DNA of 32,000 nt, taken from the NCBI RefSeq assembly GCF_001735745.1, contig NZ_CP017260.1, positions 1,140,001-1,172,000 of the forward strand, read 5' to 3'. Below the pieces are notes generated by a model. That model was not told the DNA's origin. It did not search any database and was given only the letters and a program-made list of their open reading frames with translations. This stretch comes from Formosa sp. Hel1_33_131 (lineage in GTDB: Bacteria; Bacteroidota; Bacteroidia; Flavobacteriales; Flavobacteriaceae). Shown here piece by piece: positions 10,543-17,076 of the stretch (the stretch's first letter is position 1; every line of letters starts with the position of its first letter). Both the position numbers and the translations under genes were made by a program.

Positions 10543-11592
10543 TTATTTACGTTTTTTTGGCTGCCTCAATAATGGGTTTGAAGTGAGGCTTTGATTCATT
10601 TTTCGATTTCTAAAAATAGACATTCCCGAAAAAATAGCTTCTTTAAAAGAGGTGATATCTGCCTCGCCTTTGCCAGCGATTTCATAGGCCGTTCCATGAT
10701 CTGGTGAGGTGCGAACTTTATTGAGTCCCGCCGTGAAATTGACCCCATTTCCAAACGCTAGCGTTTTAAAAGGAATCAACCCTTGGTCATGATAGGTGGC
10801 TACGATCGCATCAAAGTTTTTGTAATTTTTAGAACCAAAAAAACTATCCGCCGAATAGGGTCCATACACAAGCTTTCCTGTCTTTTTGATGGTCTCTAGG
10901 GCAGGGCGTAAAACCGTGTCGTCTTCGCTCCCAATCACTCCATTATCGCCTGTATGGGGATTGATCCCTAACACAGCGATGCGTGGCATTCGGATGCTAA
11001 AATCCTGTACTAAGGATTTGTATATAATTGAGATTTTCTTTTCTATCAGCTCCGCTGTGATTTGATTTGAGACTTCACTTACGGGAACGTGGTCGGTTAA
11101 TAAGCCTACTTTAAGATCGTCCGAAACCATAAACATCAAGCTATCGCCTTCGAGTTCTTGGGCTAAATAATCTGTATGCCCCGGGAATTTAAAGGCGTCT
11201 GATTGAATGTTATGCTTGTTGATTGGTGCCGTGACCAATACATCAATTTGATCATTTTTAAGATCTTCAACCGCCGCTTGGAGCGATTTTATAGCATATT
11301 CACCAATTTTCGGGTCTTCTTCTCCAAAATTTATTTTAACATCTTCATGCCAAACGGAAACCACATTAACTTTAGAGTCCACGGCTTGACTTGCCTTTTG
11401 AATTTTATTAAAATCTAGGGGACTCTGAAAGTGTCTTTTGAGAAATGCCACTGTTTTTACAGAAGCATAAATGATAGGCGTACAAAATTCAAGCATACGA
11501 TTGTCTTCAAAAGTCTTGATGACCAACTCACCTCCTATACCATTTAAATCTCCTATAGAAATTCCAATTTTTATTTTTTCTTCTTTTTCCAT
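10543..11592 (-). CDS. pdxA: 4-hydroxythreonine-4-phosphate dehydrogenase, 349 aa
   Basis: PdxA-family strings FPGHTDYLA, GINPHTGDNG and RTSPDHGTAYEIAGKG. Confidence 0.85.
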   Translation of the reverse strand: MEKEEKIKIGISIGDLNGIGGELVIKTFEDNRMLEFCTPIIYASVKTVAFLKRHFQSPLDFNKIQKASQAVDSKVNVVSVWHEDVKINFGEEDPKIGEYAIKSLQAAVEDLKNDQIDVLVTAPINKHNIQSDAFKFPGHTDYLAQELEGDSLMFMVSDDLKVGLLTDHVPVSEVSNQITAELIEKKISIIYKSLVQDFSIRMPRIAVLGINPHTGDNGVIGSEDDTVLRPALETIKKTGKLVYGPYSADSFFGSKNYKNFDAIVATYHDQGLIPFKTLAFGNGVNFTAGLNKVRTSPDHGTAYEIAGKGEADITSFKEAIFSGMSIFRNRKMNQSLTSNPLLRQPKKRK

Positions 11593-11648
11593 TAAAAGTG
11601 ACGTGTATGTTTGTAATTTTGAATTTACAAATTTAACGAATTAAAAGT

Positions 11649-12236
11649 ATGTTTACGGGAATTATTGAAGATTTAGGGATTGTAAAAAATTTAGTGAAGG
11701 AGAATGACAACTTACACTTAACAATTCAAAGTGTGTTAGCGCCAGAATTAAAAATCGATCAAAGTGTGTCCCATAACGGGGTGTGTCTGACCGTCATAGC
11801 CCTGACTGAAAACAGTTATACTGTGACGGCAATCAAAGAAACTTTAGACAAAACCAACCTCAACGTTTTAGAAATTGGAGCGACTGTAAACTTAGAACGC
11901 GGATTAAAACTTGGCGCACGATTGGACGGCCATATGGTTCAAGGGCATGTCGATCAGATTGGAACCTGTACCAGTGTCAAAACCCAAAATGGGAGTTGGG
12001 TGTATTCGTTTAAATACGATGCTTCTTTAGGAAATCTTACGATTGAAAAAGGCTCGGTTACCGTCAACGGCGTGAGCTTGACCGTTGTAAATTCTAAAGA
12101 TGGTGGCTTTAGCGTGGCGATCATTCCTTATACCTATGAACACACTAATTTTAATCGTTTTGAAGCAGGTACGGTTGTGAATTTAGAATTTGATGTGATC
12201 GGAAAATATGTCGCTCGCCTGCATAATGCACGCTAA
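11649..12236 (+). CDS. ribE: Riboflavin synthase (alpha chain), 195 aa
   Basis: MFTGIIEDLG N-terminus and two lumazine-binding repeats (SVSHNGVCLTV / SVTVNGVSLTV). Confidence 0.9.
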   Translation: MFTGIIEDLGIVKNLVKENDNLHLTIQSVLAPELKIDQSVSHNGVCLTVIALTENSYTVTAIKETLDKTNLNVLEIGATVNLERGLKLGARLDGHMVQGHVDQIGTCTSVKTQNGSWVYSFKYDASLGNLTIEKGSVTVNGVSLTVVNSKDGGFSVAIIPYTYEHTNFNRFEAGTVVNLEFDVIGKYVARLHNAR

Positions 12237-12237
12237 C

Positions 12238-12657
12238 TTATTTAAGGAGTTTTTTATTCTGAACTTCGAGTAATTGTTTGATGTCTGACAATAACTGAAT
12301 GTCTGCAGGGGTGGGAACTGTCGCGTCTTTAACATCATCTGCTTTTGTTTTGAGCTTGTTAATGAACTTTACAACAATAAAAATGGTAAACCCAACGATT
12401 AGAAAATCGAGAATGGTTTCGGCAAACAAGCCATAATCCAAAGACACTTGACTGGTGGTTTCTGTGGCGGTTCTTAGAATGAGTTTCTTTTCTTGAAAAT
12501 TAATTCCATCTGATAAAAGCGACAAGGGCGGTAAAATGATGTTTTTTACCAAAACATTAATCACGGCGTTGAAGGACGCCCCAATAATAATTCCGATCGC
12601 CATATCAATCATATTTCCTTTAACCGCAAAATCTTTAAATTCTTTAAATAGTTTCAT
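12238..12657 (-). CDS. mscL: Large-conductance mechanosensitive channel, 139 aa
   Basis: FKDFAVKGNMIDMAIGIIIGASFNAVINVLVKNIILPP, followed by a second TM helix and a charged C-terminal helix. Confidence 0.9.
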   Translation of the reverse strand: MKLFKEFKDFAVKGNMIDMAIGIIIGASFNAVINVLVKNIILPPLSLLSDGINFQEKKLILRTATETTSQVSLDYGLFAETILDFLIVGFTIFIVVKFINKLKTKADDVKDATVPTPADIQLLSDIKQLLEVQNKKLLK

Positions 12658-12736
12658 TTTAATTATTTTATTATTAATTACTGGTTTTTACCACCTCAAC
12701 AGCAGTTGTAAATACGAGTGTTACTTTGTTGGGTGT

Positions 12737-13258
12737 TTATGTTCTATCCGTCTTATAACCAATCTCTTTTCGAGGTTTCTCTTTTGGTTTAGAAAATAAT
12801 CGCTGAAGCACTTCATAAATCTCACTAAATTGTTCGTTGTTGCGTGATTCCATTTCATTGATTTTATGCATGATGTCATCATAGTTGTTCGCTAGTTTTC
12901 GCAGTTGCACAAAAGTCTCTATGATCTGTACACTCATTTTTACAGCTAACTCACTATTTAAGACGCTCGATAACATTAGGATCCCATGTTCGGTAAAAAC
13001 CTTTGGTAGAACTGGGGAGAACTTTAATTTTTTTAGGCGGTCGCAATTTGCGACTAGCTGATTCTTTTCTTCTTTTGTCAGTTCAAACATAAAGTTAGAA
13101 GGAAAGCGGTTATTATTTCTTTTTACTTGTTCGTTCAAGCGTTTTGTCGTTACACCATAAAGCTCTGCTAAATCTCTATCTACCATCACTTTTTGGCCTC
13201 TAATAACATATATCTTATTGATGATTACTTCATCTGGAATGGTGATTTTTTTATTCAT
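12737..13258 (-). CDS. ORF6N-domain (KilA-N superfamily) DNA-binding protein with a coiled-coil C-terminus, 173 aa
   Basis: IINKIYVIRGQKVMVDRDLAELYGVTTKRLNEQVKRNNNRFPSNFMFELTKEE matches the ORF6N pattern common in Bacteroidota. The C-terminal part is helical and charged. Confidence 0.8.
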   Translation of the reverse strand: MNKKITIPDEVIINKIYVIRGQKVMVDRDLAELYGVTTKRLNEQVKRNNNRFPSNFMFELTKEEKNQLVANCDRLKKLKFSPVLPKVFTEHGILMLSSVLNSELAVKMSVQIIETFVQLRKLANNYDDIMHKINEMESRNNEQFSEIYEVLQRLFSKPKEKPRKEIGYKTDRT

Positions 13259-13411
13259 TATTCTAAATTTGGTAGGTAAATTTACTATTTAATTTTTAAG
13301 GTGCCTATTTGGATTCTTAAAAATTTCAGCTTATCAGATGCTAGTTATTTACGTTGTGGGATACGTTTGCAAATTCTTTTTTTAAATAGTAATATTGGAA
13401 TGCAGTCGTAT

Positions 13412-13933
13412 TTATGTTCTATCGGCTTTATAACCAATCTCTTTTCGAGCTTGTTCTTCTGGTTTCGAAAATAATCGCTGAAGCACTTCATAAATCTCAC
13501 TAAATTGTTCGTTGTTGCGAGATTCCATTTCATTGATTTTATGCATGATGTCATCATAGTTGTTTGCTAGTTTTCGCAGTTGCACAAAAGTCTCTATGAT
13601 CTATACACTCATTTTTACAGCTAACTCACTATTTAAAACACTTGATAACATGAGGATGCCGTGTTCTGTGAATACAAAAGGTGGATACTTTGAATGTCTC
13701 CCTCTTTTTAAGGTCGCAATTTGCGACCTTAAAGAAGAATGTTCTTCAGCTGTGAGTTCAAACATAAAAGAATCTGGAAAACGATCTATATTTCTTCTAA
13801 CTTGTTCTTTTAATCTTTTGGTTTCCACATTATAAATCTCTGCTAAATCTTTATCTAACATCACTTTTTGATCTCTAATAACATATATCTTATTGATGAT
13901 TACTTCATCTGGAATCGTGATTTTTTCATTCAT
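13412..13933 (-). pseudogene. Second ORF6N paralogue, same 173-codon length, interrupted by one in-frame TAG at 13601..13603
   Basis: From the ATG at 13933 (MNEKITIPDEVIINKIYVIRDQKVM...) the frame reads ...AVKMSV-TAG-IIETFVQLRKLANNYDDIMHKINEMESRNNEQFSEIYEVLQRLFSKPEEQARKEIGYKADRT-TAA. Copy 1 has CAG (Gln) at the equivalent codon. The ORF-track pieces 13601..14011 and 13345..13557 are an over-extended N-terminal fragment and an out-of-frame artefact. Confidence 0.75.
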
Positions 13934-14051
13934 TATTCTAAATTTGGTAGGTAAATTTACTATTTTAATTTTTATGGTGCCATAAAAATTAAGTACAAAA
14001 AAACCTCCCAATAAAAATCAGAAGGCTTGATATAATATAGTTTAGTACAGC

Positions 14052-14840
14052 TTATTTTGCGTAACTAAATACTTTTGTTTCACGATCCATCCCACCAATA
14101 TAAGTTAAGATTTCATCGCTGTGAGAATCGATTACTGACCAGAATTTTTTATCATCATCGGTCATTGGACCTCCTAAATTAGCTTCTTCATAAGCTGCAA
14201 AGTCAGACCAAGTATTGTAAACCTGGTAGGTATGCCAGCTTGCTCCTGAGCCGTAAAAGTGACGACTTGCATAGGCTGCTACTGCAAGACCACTGTCTTT
14301 CAACGTCTTTAAACTTCCGTTTTTGACTCCGTCAGCAAAGACACCGTTTCCACCCCATTTAGTATTGTAAGTGCTTACAACTACCACTTTTTTAGTACTC
14401 CAGTCTAAACCTTCTGTTTCGAAAGACATATCTTCTAAACCTTTACTTTGTCTGATTTGATCAGAATGGCCATGCACATACATCGCAACATAACTTTGGT
14501 ATTCTGCCATAAGCGCTTCTTTTGCTGCGTCGTCTAACTTCATAGCATCCACATTGGCTTCCATGGCGGCATTTGCAAGAGCAGAATCGTTTACTAAATC
14601 TTGTTCGTTTGCATAAAAATCGTAAGTAGCAAAAGTATAATCGCCTGCAAATGCATGCGCGAACATTCCAGCTCCTGTAAGGGTTCTGTCCTCAGACATT
14701 GAAAGGTTTGTGAATTTTTCATGCAATTCTAAAAACGACTCAGAGTCTTGTCTTGGTACAGAAATATAGGTAATGTTAACGACTTGTGCCGTTACTGCAA
14801 ATCCTACGGTTAAAAATAATGCGGTAATAAAATTTTTCAT
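14052..14840 (-). CDS. Secreted hypothetical protein, 262 aa, possibly two tandem alpha+beta domains
   Basis: Signal peptide MKNFITALFLTVGFAVTAQ. I recognise no family. Only 34 nt separate it from the upstream lipoprotein gene and there is no -7 box between them, so co-transcription is likely. Confidence 0.6.
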   Translation of the reverse strand: MKNFITALFLTVGFAVTAQVVNITYISVPRQDSESFLELHEKFTNLSMSEDRTLTGAGMFAHAFAGDYTFATYDFYANEQDLVNDSALANAAMEANVDAMKLDDAAKEALMAEYQSYVAMYVHGHSDQIRQSKGLEDMSFETEGLDWSTKKVVVVSTYNTKWGGNGVFADGVKNGSLKTLKDSGLAVAAYASRHFYGSGASWHTYQVYNTWSDFAAYEEANLGGPMTDDDKKFWSVIDSHSDEILTYIGGMDRETKVFSYAK

Positions 14841-14874
14841 AATTGTTATATTTAGTTAATGTTGGTGTTTGATA

Positions 14875-15429
14875 TTATTTTTTGATTGTTTTCTTAAACT
14901 GATTCCACTGCGTCACTTTTCCGTTAACAATGTGGTAGTATTCGTAGTACACTTCTGAATCAATATCTGAATCTGGATCCGTGTTTTCAGTTGTAAACTG
15001 CGCATTTACCCAGTCGCCAGAATCCATCGTCGTTTCTTCTGACCCATCATCTGTTAGTGTCAATGAAAACGCATAGTCTGTAACCCATTGATTGTTGCCA
15101 CCAGTCTCAGATGCCGCAGCATCGTTTTTGATTTTATCCACAAATTCTTGAGGGCTTGTTGCTACAAATCCATCATCAAAATTAAGAGAGGCTTTGTCCG
15201 CAATAAATGTTTTCATTAGCTCATAATCACGTTTTCCCCATGCAGCATCGAGTTGATTAAAAACGTCTAAAGCAGCAGATGAACCCATTTTTACTTGGTA
15301 ATCCGTTCCCGTTAAAAACCCATTTGTAGGGACATCGCAAGGAGGTGTCTCAGGACAAGGCGTTGTTTCAGCGCAAGACGTAAAAACGAGTGTGAAGATT
15401 AATCCTAAAATTGTAAGTATATTTTTCAT
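14875..15429 (-). CDS. Lipoprotein of unknown function, 184 aa (possibly NTF2/SnoaL-like fold)
   Basis: MKNILTILGLIFTLVFTSC has a lipobox Cys. The -7 box TAGATTTG lies 23 nt upstream of this ATG and inside the longer ORF-track version (to 15528), which favours the shorter start. Confidence 0.6.
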   Translation of the reverse strand: MKNILTILGLIFTLVFTSCAETTPCPETPPCDVPTNGFLTGTDYQVKMGSSAALDVFNQLDAAWGKRDYELMKTFIADKASLNFDDGFVATSPQEFVDKIKNDAAASETGGNNQWVTDYAFSLTLTDDGSEETTMDSGDWVNAQFTTENTDPDSDIDSEVYYEYYHIVNGKVTQWNQFKKTIKK

Positions 15430-15452
15430 AAATCTAATAAATTGGTTAGCTT

Positions 15453-15460
15453 CAAATCTA
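15453..15460 (-). promoter_or_regulatory. -7 box TAGATTTG for the lipoprotein / secreted-protein pair
   Basis: Plus strand caaatcta. Located 23 nt upstream of the ATG at 15429. Confidence 0.45.
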
Positions 15461-15663
15461 CTCTTATTAATTGTAAAATACAAGTTAATCTGTTGTTGAT
15501 GAAGTTTCAGACATGACTTTTCACTCATTTATCGTAATGGATGCGCTTAAAATTATAATTACTTTTTTTATAATAAATTCGCTAAAAATAGTTCTTTTAG
15601 GTCGCTTAGAGTCATTGGGGAAAAGACTAAAAGCCAGCAGCTGTCAATTTGATAACTAGTGTA

Positions 15664-15906
15664 TTATTCATAACAATATCCATCTCCTTCATTGTGAGAA
15701 TTAAATACATCTTCGCTAACCACTAAATTAATGTCGGCGTATCCATTAAGAGAACCATCAGTATCTAAATTGGAGGTGTCAAAATCTCCTACAAACACAA
15801 ACTCGTTTTCTGAAATTATTTTATCGATGATGGTAAAACAATTTTGATCATCGTCTGAACAAGAAAAGGTTAAAAAGGCGGAAATAAGAAGTAGTTTTTT
15901 CGTCAT
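15664..15906 (-). CDS. Small acidic lipoprotein, 80 aa
   Basis: MTKKLLLISAFLTFSC lipobox. Asp/Glu-rich mature part with Cys near both ends. A -7 box lies 17 nt upstream. Confidence 0.55.
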   Translation of the reverse strand: MTKKLLLISAFLTFSCSDDDQNCFTIIDKIISENEFVFVGDFDTSNLDTDGSLNGYADINLVVSEDVFNSHNEGDGYCYE

Positions 15907-15923
15907 TGAATTGGTTTAAAATA

Positions 15924-15931
15924 CAAATATA
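15924..15931 (-). promoter_or_regulatory. -7 box TATATTTG for the 80-aa lipoprotein gene
   Basis: Plus strand caaatata. Located 17 nt upstream of the ATG at 15906. Confidence 0.45.
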
Positions 15932-16042
15932 ATTAGTTTTATATTAAAATCAATTTGTTTCAAAAAAAATGAATTCGTGAAGATGAAATCAACCTTCGGT
16001 TTTTCTCATATGCGCTGTTCTTTCAGACCAGACGTCTTAAAA

Positions 16043-16086
16043 CAAAAAAAACTTACGCAAGCAAGCTTGGTAAGTTTTTTTGTTTT
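16043..16086. terminator. Bidirectional intrinsic terminator downstream of tRNA-Ala
   Basis: An A-run at 16044..16051, a hairpin at 16051..16075 (acttac / gtaagt outer stem plus caag / cttg inner stem with one bulge), and a T-run at 16075..16081 followed by g and tttt. Read on the minus strand, the hairpin is followed by T8. Confidence 0.65.
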
Positions 16087-16113
16087 AATTCGCAGTCGCA
16101 CTGCGCTTCATCG

Positions 16114-16187
16114 TGGAGAAGATGAGATTCGAACTCACGACCTCTTGACTGCCAGTCAAGCGCTCTAGCCAACTGAGCTACATCCCC
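16114..16187 (-). tRNA. tRNA-Ala (anticodon GGC), 74 nt, CCA not encoded
   Basis: Minus strand GGGGATGTAGCTCAGTTGGCTAGAGCGCTTGACTGGCAGTCAAGAGGTCGTGAGTTCGAATCTCATCTTCTCCA. It folds by hand into a cloverleaf with anticodon stem CTTGA/TCAAG, loop CTGGCAG, T-loop TTCGAAT and the G3:U70 alanine identity pair. There is one U6-U67 mismatch in the acceptor stem. Confidence 0.9.
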
Positions 16188-16476
16188 ATTTGATGTGAAA
16201 CTTGTTTAATTCTTCATTAGATTCAAATCAAGTACTTAAAAATAACTTGCTGCAAATCTAAAATATTTTTTGGACTATTCTGTCACTCTTATGGCACTAA
16301 TTTATATGGCAGTATTTACAGAGTTATAGATGCTTTTTCTGGTGTTCAATCCCCTAACAACTGCTTAAAACTCCCCGCAGTTTTTGTCCTAATACTCATG
16401 CTGTTGTGTTATTAAAAGGCAAAAAAATAACTTAAGTCGAGTTTTGTATCTTTACAAGAAACTAATAAATTAAGAT

Positions 16477-16767
16477 ATGAAGTACTTGAAAACAATAATC
16501 ACAACAATCGTTTGCCTTACAGTTTTGACAGGTTTTACTACTTTAAATAACTCTAAGTCAACAGATGTAATTATTTTGAAGTTAATGGGGAAAAAGCTTG
16601 AATCTGCATACGTTATAAATGATGGTAAAGAAGAGAGATTTAGAAATGGTTTAACTGGAGATCAGGCACTAGAGTTTTTTTTAAACGATGGTTGGTCTCT
16701 TGAAGGAACAAGCGTTGCGTCAGATGCTGGTAGATTTAGTGTCGTTTATACATTGGTAAAAAATTAA
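16477..16767 (+). CDS. Small secreted hypothetical protein, 96 aa
   Basis: Signal-like N-terminus MKYLKTIITTIVCLTVLTGF. A near-consensus -7 box TATCTTTA sits at 16447..16454. A short hairpin follows directly after the stop. Confidence 0.55.
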   Translation: MKYLKTIITTIVCLTVLTGFTTLNNSKSTDVIILKLMGKKLESAYVINDGKEERFRNGLTGDQALEFFLNDGWSLEGTSVASDAGRFSVVYTLVKN

Positions 16768-16786
16768 GGCGGTCTTCCGCCTGTTT
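16768..16786 (+). terminator. Weak hairpin terminator after the 96-aa gene
   Basis: ggcgg-tctt-ccgcc followed by tgttt. Short stem and poor T-run. Confidence 0.35.
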
Positions 16787-16915
16787 AATGGTTATAAAAA
16801 AAGTCAGGCACATCACTCCCCTTTTAGAATTGCTAAAAACAGGAAATTATAGACCACAATCCTTTTGAAAAGTAAATCCTATAATCAAATGTGATTTCAA
16901 CTAAAGTCTTTTCCG

Positions 16916-16923
16916 TACTTTTG
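16916..16923 (+). promoter_or_regulatory. -7 box TACTTTTG upstream of the 42-aa ORF and the MATE operon
   Basis: Exact TAnnTTTG match 19 nt upstream of the ATG at 16943. Confidence 0.45.
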
Positions 16924-16942
16924 ACACTAAATTCAATTTATT

Positions 16943-17071
16943 ATGAGCAGTAAATTTTTTGGTAATAAAACCGTAAAGAAAACAGATACAAAAAAAGGTG
17001 GCAAATCTGACCTTAAAAATAAAAATACCAGTAAAACCACTGCCGTCCGAAAAACAGGTCGCGGAAAATAG
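16943..17071 (+). CDS. Candidate small ORF encoding a 42-aa lysine-rich protein (not in the ORF track because it is under 60 aa)
   Basis: Hand translation: MSSKFFGNKTVKKTDTKKGGKSDLKNKNTSKTTAVRKTGRGK. It has 13 Lys, 2 Arg and 2 Asp. It is preceded by a -7 box, and its TAG stop is 5 nt before the TTG start of the MATE gene. I recognise no homologue. Confidence 0.4.
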   Translation: MSSKFFGNKTVKKTDTKKGGKSDLKNKNTSKTTAVRKTGRGK

Positions 17072-17076
17072 GGCTA

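Larger units (their letters stand above)
12736..13981. repeat. Tandem direct duplication of an ORF6N gene plus its promoter (units 12736..13305 and 13411..13981, period 675 bp, 105-bp spacer)
   Basis: Hand alignment. The 3' block 12792..12960 versus 13467..13635 differs at 3 of 169 nt. The 5' block 13201..13305 versus 13876..13981 has 3 substitutions and 1 indel. The central ~240 nt are strongly diverged. Confidence 0.85.

Noticed and set aside
11593-11648. Possible FMN riboswitch upstream of ribE
   Set aside because: The whole pdxA-ribE intergenic region is 56 nt. That is far too short for an FMN element, and no conserved stems are visible.
13345-13557. 70-aa minus-strand ORF downstream of ORF6N copy 2 (and the 91-aa plus-strand ORF 13560..13835)
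   Set aside because: The 70-aa ORF is an out-of-frame reading of the 3' part of copy 2. The true homologous frame, offset by one nucleotide, reproduces the C-terminus of copy 1. The 91-aa ORF is antisense to copy 2.
13601-13603. Programmed stop-codon readthrough or recoding of the TAG in ORF6N copy 2
   Set aside because: No recoding signal is evident, and no such mechanism is known to me for this lineage. A recent nonsense mutation or a base-call error is much more parsimonious.
15977-16168. 63-aa plus-strand ORF
   Set aside because: It runs through the bidirectional terminator and across the antisense of tRNA-Ala, so it is a chance ORF.
12658-16187. Genomic island integrated at tRNA-Ala
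   Set aside because: No integrase or recombinase gene is present. I could not find a direct-repeat copy of the tRNA 3' end (e.g. gatgagattcgaactcac) at the far side of the interval. It is kept only as a low-interest variable-locus note.
16189-16198. Third copy of TTTGATGTGA next to tRNA-Ala, as evidence for a shared regulon with the VTC cassette
   Set aside because: It is a single copy, oriented oppositely relative to the adjacent gene, in AT-rich sequence. It cannot be distinguished from chance without a genome-wide count.
16359-16386. Hairpin aactgc / gcagtt followed by tttg in the 289-bp tRNA-to-16477 intergenic region, as a possible sRNA terminator
   Set aside because: The 6-bp stem has a 12-nt loop and a short T-run, and there is no upstream promoter box. 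This is too weak to call.
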